A stretch of 39,817 nt of DNA from Octopus bimaculoides (lineage: Eukaryota), in NCBI RefSeq assembly GCF_001194135.2, contig NC_068989.1, positions 17,325,268-17,365,084 on the forward strand. Direction: 5' to 3'. The notes under the pieces were generated by a model, which did not search any database, was not told where the DNA came from, and saw only the letters and a list, made by a program, of their open reading frames with translations. Shown here piece by piece: positions 34,946-39,817 of this stretch (the first letter of the stretch is position 1; every line of letters starts with the position of its first letter). A program made the translations under genes and the position numbers.

Positions 34946-35487
34946 ATGTATGTATGTATGTATGTATGCATGCATGCATGCATGTATAAATATTTACTCT
35001 ATAAGCACACGCTTGGTAGAATGCCACATACGATCACCTTCGTTGTGGATTTTCAATGATTTCTCAAATGAAACGACTTTCTCATCATCGGCAGAATAGT
35101 TTGAGCATCGAACAAAACGCCTACAGTGTTCAATTACGGTTCACTCTGAGTTCAGTTCCTGCCACTGATAACTTTGCAATTCATCCAGATAGAGATCAAT
35201 AAAATAAAGCCCTCGTGATGTATTGGATCAAATCGATATACCTTAAGGGTATCAGAAACGTGAATGGGATTACGATACGGGTCCATAAGATGGAAACTAA
35301 TGTCCTTGAGCAAGGAATGGCATTTCTAACTCATTCAAAATACTTTACACCCTACCCGGACACTGAGTGTAATTAAGGAATGTTTTTTGGAACAGAATAA
35401 TTAGAAGTGTTTGATTATGATGTCCAGGTGAAAGAAATGAGTTAAAGAGAGAAACCCATTTTACAAGCGTAGCTATGATTGGATGCA

Positions 35488-35875
35488 TGGCTTAGAGATC
35501 CGTTTCGCAGCCACGCGGTTTTGAGGTCGTTTCCACTGCGCAGCATCTTGGGCAAGTGTCTATAGTATAGTAATGGACCTGGACTGACCAATGCCTTGTG
35601 ATTGAATTTAGTAGACGGAAAGTGAAAGAAGCCCATTGTGTGTGTGTGTGTGCGTGCGTGCGTGTGTTGTGTTGCGTATGTGTGTGCGTGTGTGTGCACG
35701 CGCGCATTTGTGGGTTTTTGTTTTCACTGCTTAGTAACAGGTGCTACGTCTCCCTAATCTAACAGTTTGTCAACAAGACCAATTGAATGAATACCAGATT
35801 TGAAATAAGTTATTGAGGTGAATTCGGTCGACCAAGCCCATCAGAGCGGTACCCCAGCTTGGCCGCTGTCCATTG
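35488..35875 (+). mobile_element. SINE family B, diverged
   Basis: tggcttagagatccgtttcgcagccacgcgg…tcttgggcaagtgtct…agacggaaagtgaaagaagccc…ggtaccccagcttggccgc. Confidence 0.7.
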
Positions 35876-36821
35876 CTTTATTATTATTATTATTTTTTTT
35901 TTTTTGAGGTGTCGTTCTGTTTCAGAAAACTACACAGATGCAACCCTATTATTAATGAGAAGAGAATTATCAAGAGATACAAAAGGCAGGGTTTCTGAGT
36001 TCAAACTTCGTTTGTTTGACGGTGGATTCCATCTTTCTCCGATACACACACCTTGAGAAGTTTGGACTGTACTCAGGGCCAACTGTAGCACACACGGCTG
36101 TTTCCTCCTCATCACGAAACATATGTAAGTTATCCAAACGAAGAATAGGTAACATTACCATTTAGCCCCAGTTTGTTTCAGGTATTACCAGAACAATACC
36201 AGATTGCCTTAGGGACACCGCTTGTTAGGTGAGACCCTAAACATCTTACCCCCACAAGTGAGCCACTGAAAATCAAAGTTATTGTAGTAGTAGTAGTAAA
36301 GCTCTGACAGACTTATGTTTAAAGGTCATACTAGCCATGACCATATGATCTATTCTTCTGGAATAGCACACCTTGGAGTACATTATCATCCAATGCCGTC
36401 TTCTTTTATAAGACGTGTTTTCAGGAAGCTTTGCCTGCTATTTCTAACAAGCCGCAGGACTGTGTTTAGACTCCCTTATGTCTTAAGATGGTCTACCCGC
36501 TGAGATTGACAAGCCATATTGACCCGACATGGGGTGTGAAATCACACACACACACACACACACAGATGCACACACGCATACACACAAACATAGACGCACA
36601 CACGCATGTGTGTGTGCGTCTGTGTGTGCGCGTGTGTGTGCGCGTGTGTGTGCGCGTGTGTGTGCGTTTATGTACCAAACTCCTATATGAGAGGATCTCT
36701 CGAGGCTAATAACGCCGCATTTAGTGTTCTAAAAGAAAATATCCATATTAAGATGGATATAAAGGTTGCCTTTTGATATGTGTGTGTGTGTGAGAGAGAG
36801 AGTGTATGTGTGTGTGCGTGT

Positions 36822-36857
<36 letters not shown>

Positions 36858-38013
36858 ATATTCCATGAAATGAAAGTGCACATTTATATTTATTCATCAT
36901 CTTTTGATTTATTTATTTACTTATTTTTTCATTATTTTAGTCTGGGAGAAGGAGCTGTACCCATGGTTATCGCAGCCCCGCTCCACCCCAGCCCACTCCA
37001 CCCTAGACTAGTGAGTTAGCTATGGCATAATAAATAACACGTCGATATTTTGCCGGTTATCGCAATAAATCAATAAGTAACATAATGTAGAGTCCCTCTC
37101 NNNNNNNNNNNNNNNNNNNNNNNNNNNNNNNNNNNNNNNNNNNNNNNNNNNNNNNNNNNNNNNNNNNNNNNNNNNNNNNNNNNNNNNNNNNNNNNNNNNN
37201 NNNNNNNNNNNNNNNNNNNNNNNNNNNNNNNNNNNNNNNNNNNNNNNNNNNNNNNNNNNNNNNNNNNNNNNNNNNNNNNNNNNNNNNNNNNNNNNNNNNN
37301 NNNNNNNNNNNNNNNNNNNNNNNNNNNNNNNNNNNNNNNNNNNNNNNNNNNNNNNNNNNNNNNNNNNNNNNNNNNNNNNNNNNNNNNNNNNNNNNNNNNN
37401 NNNNNNNNNNNNNNNNNNNNNNNNNNNNNNNNNNNNNNNNNNNNNNNNNNNNNNNNNNNNNNNNNNNNNNNNNNNNNNNNNNNNNNNNNNNNNNNNNNNN
37501 NNNNNNNNNNNNNNNNNNNNNNNNNNNNNNNNNNNNNNNNNNNNNNNNNNNNNNNNNNNNNNNNNNNNNNNNNNNNNNNNNNNNNNNNNNNNNNNNNNNN
37601 NNNNNNNNNNNNNNNNNNNNNNNNNNNNNNNNNNNNNNNNNNNNNNNNNNNNNNNNNNNNNNNNNNNNNNNNNNNNNNNNNNNNNNNNNNNNNNNNNNNN
37701 NNNNNNNNNNNNNNNNNNNNNNNNNNNNNNNNNNNNNNNNNNNNNNNNNNNNNNNNNNNNNNNNNNNNNNNNNNNNNNNNNNNNNNNNNNNNNNNNNNNN
37801 NNNNNNNNNNNNNNNNNNNNNNNNNNNNNNNNNNNNNNNNNNNNNNNNNNNNNNNNNNNNNNNNNNNNNNNNNNNNNNNNNNNNNNNNNNNNNNNNNNNN
37901 NNNNNNNNNNNNNNNNAAACTGATAACTAAAGCTTAAATGGGTGGTATATTGTTAAGTATGTAAACAAATAAATACATTGCGCGTTTATAAACATGTGAG
38001 TTCGTGAATGTGT

Positions 38014-38078
<65 letters not shown>

Positions 38079-38376
38079 TGTGTGTGCTCGCGCCTGTGTC
38101 TGTGTGTCTCTCTGTGTGTCTGTGTTAAATTAGGGCCATTATTTTGAAGCGAGTTTAAAAGATTGTTCACTAATGGAGTGAAAGGTTTAGTTCGGTGAGT
38201 AGAGTAAAAGTCATGTGTGTGTATGTATGTATGTATGTATGTATGTATGTAGAAGAGTGCGCACAGTAACTATTAAGATGTATGTATGTATGTATGTATG
38301 TATGTATGTATGTATGTATGTATGTATGTATGTATGTATAAATGTGAATAAATTACACAGCACAGCTGGTACGTAC

Positions 38377-38559
38377 CTTGATAATTTGCAAAGAAATTCC
38401 CGTATCGCAGCCTCCGATGATGCGAAAACCCCATTGTACACAAGTCTCATCTCGTCTCAAACGGATAAACCCTCTCTTAATTTTCGGTGGGGCAGGTTGT
38501 GATTGCAGCACTGGTTCGGGGTGGTTTTCACCATTCTCAACAGTCGATTCGCCATCCAT
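38377..38559 (-). CDS. First coding exon of an N-terminal PDZ-domain protein (PDLIM/Zasp/ALP-Enigma-like); partial gene
   Basis: Translates to MDGESTVENGENHPEPVLQSQPAPPKIKRGFIRLRRDETCVQWGFRIIGGCDTGISLQIIK (61 aa). It contains the PDZ carboxylate-binding loop in the form L-x-R-x(5)-WGFRIxGGxD typical of PDZ-LIM proteins. It ends at a phase-0 donor AAG|GTACGT (GT at 38376-38375). The ATG is preceded by a possible acceptor gttttcttgtaag|ac. Downstream PDZ exons were not found. Confidence 0.88.
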
Positions 38560-38939
38560 GTCTTACAAGAAAACTTTGAATCACCGAGGTATATCCCTTA
38601 ATTTATATACAAATATAAGTATATTATGCAATATATGGCTCGCTATACGTGTCCGTATATTGTTTAGTAATCACTATTATATTATAGTTGTTTCTAAATA
38701 AACCAGATAGATCCTTATATAGGATACGTTTCTTAATATATATATTTCTGTATTTCTATATTATCAACTGCTACGTTTAGAGTTTCTTTTTTCTGTCTAT
38801 CTTTTAGTTATCGGTCTGTGTGGCTGTATGTTTGTTTTTTTTTTCTCGCTCTCTCTCTCTCTATTTTACTTTTCCTTTTCTCTTACTCTGTCTCTCTCCC
38901 GCTCACACTTTTTGAATCTGTATCCCGTCTAACTTGTTA

Positions 38940-39010
38940 CTTCTAACTGATAACCACTGACTATTTGCTTCGCTTTAAATCAGGCTCCATATAAATATAA
39001 ATATAAATAT
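38940..39010 (-). promoter_or_regulatory. Possible core promoter of the PDZ gene (AT-rich TATA-like box about 30 nt upstream of tandem TCAGT initiator-like motifs)
   Basis: Minus strand reads tatttatat-(~29 nt)-TCAGTggttaTCAGTtagaa|gtaac. This is a motif match only, with no expression data. Confidence 0.15.
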
Positions 39011-39061
39011 ATGTGTGTGTGCGTCAGTATGTAATATGTTTATGTATGGAGGTAGGTAGGA

Positions 39062-39101
<40 letters not shown>

Positions 39102-39109
39102 CTCCCTAT

Positions 39110-39530
39110 GTTACCTCTTTTCATCCCATTACCTCCGCTTTCACCTCCACCACTCTACCTCTCTCTATCCCTCCACATCCTAGCTTTCATTCTTCCACTT
39201 ACAAATCTTCCTGTCACACCACCATTTCAATCGTTGTTCTCAGTCTTTCACTGCCTCCTCCTTCTCCTCTTCCTCCTCCTCCTCCTTCTTCACTCACACT
39301 CACAAACACGCGCGCATTCACCAATCTCTCCACCTGTCTCAATCCTACTTTCAGTTTGCTTTCTTGTGTATCATATTTTATTTCTTTCTTTTCTTACTCC
39401 CCCGACTTCAATCTCAATTTCTTACCTTCTACCGACCTTTCTCTTTCCTTTGTTTGTTTGTTTGTTTGTTATTTTCCTTTCTTTCTCCCCTCCTTTCTTT
39501 CTTTTTCTTTCTCTCTTTCTCTGTGTCTCT
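39110..39530. repeat. Long pyrimidine-rich (CT/CTT/TTTC) tract upstream of the PDZ exon
   Basis: Strong strand asymmetry, with few G on the plus strand. Confidence 0.8.
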
Positions 39531-39596
39531 GTATATGTTTGTGTGTGTGTGGATATATATATATGTATATATATGTATATATATATATATATATAT

Positions 39597-39817
39597 ATGA
39601 GTGGCTGTGTGGTAAGTAGCTTGCTTACCATCCACATGGTTCCGGGTTCATTCCCACTGCGTGGCACCTTGGGCAAGTGTCTTCTACTATAGCCTCGGGC
39701 CGACCAAAGCCTTGTGAGTGGATTTGGTAGACGGAAACTGAAAGAAGCCCGTCGTATATATGTATATATATATATGTATGTGTGCGTATATGTTTGTGTG
39801 TCTGTGTTTGTCCCCCC
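39597..39817 (+). mobile_element. SINE family B, young copy cut by the window end
   Basis: gagtggctgtgtggtaagtagcttgcttacc…gcgtggcaccttgggcaagtgtcttctactatagcctcgggccgaccaaagcc…. Confidence 0.88.

Noticed and set aside
36665-36728. Minus-strand exon candidate ttttcttttag|NTKCGVISLERSSHIGV|gtacat
   Set aside because: The acceptor is good, but the donor is weak and the peptide does not continue the PDZ fold; it is indistinguishable from chance.
38713-38723. CArG/SRF box near the muscle-type PDZ gene (CCTTATATAGG)
   Set aside because: It has seven A/T bases between CC and GG rather than the canonical six.

Overview
AT-rich, repeat-dense eukaryotic DNA with 10 N-gaps (about 4 kb). It looks like an octopus draft scaffold, judged from SINE families I recall from Octopus and the very dense microsatellites; this is not database-checked. 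Only one host exon is well supported. It is a minus-strand first coding exon (38377-38559) encoding the start of an N-terminal PDZ domain of PDLIM/Zasp type (…RLRRDETCVQWGFRIIGGCDTGISLQIIK|gtacgt). Much of the window to its left may therefore be intron of that gene, but I could not find the next PDZ exon, which may lie in a gap or beyond the window. The rest is mobile DNA: at least five dispersed SINE-like families, an internally deleted Helitron with both termini, a mariner MITE, a DD34D mariner transposase remnant, a hAT MITE with an 8-bp TSD, and many micro/minisatellites. The most interesting observation is a tRNA-headed SINE whose 3' part carries a minimal Penelope-type hammerhead ribozyme fold. 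It is present as two inverted copies at 11785-12273. Other notable items are recurrent head-to-tail SINE concatemers with an identical junction, inverted SINE pairs that could form dsRNA (ADAR substrates) in the pre-mRNA, and two diverged copies of an unidentified coding-like motif about 10 kb apart. Almost all ORFs in the supplied track are artefacts of N-runs or microsatellites.
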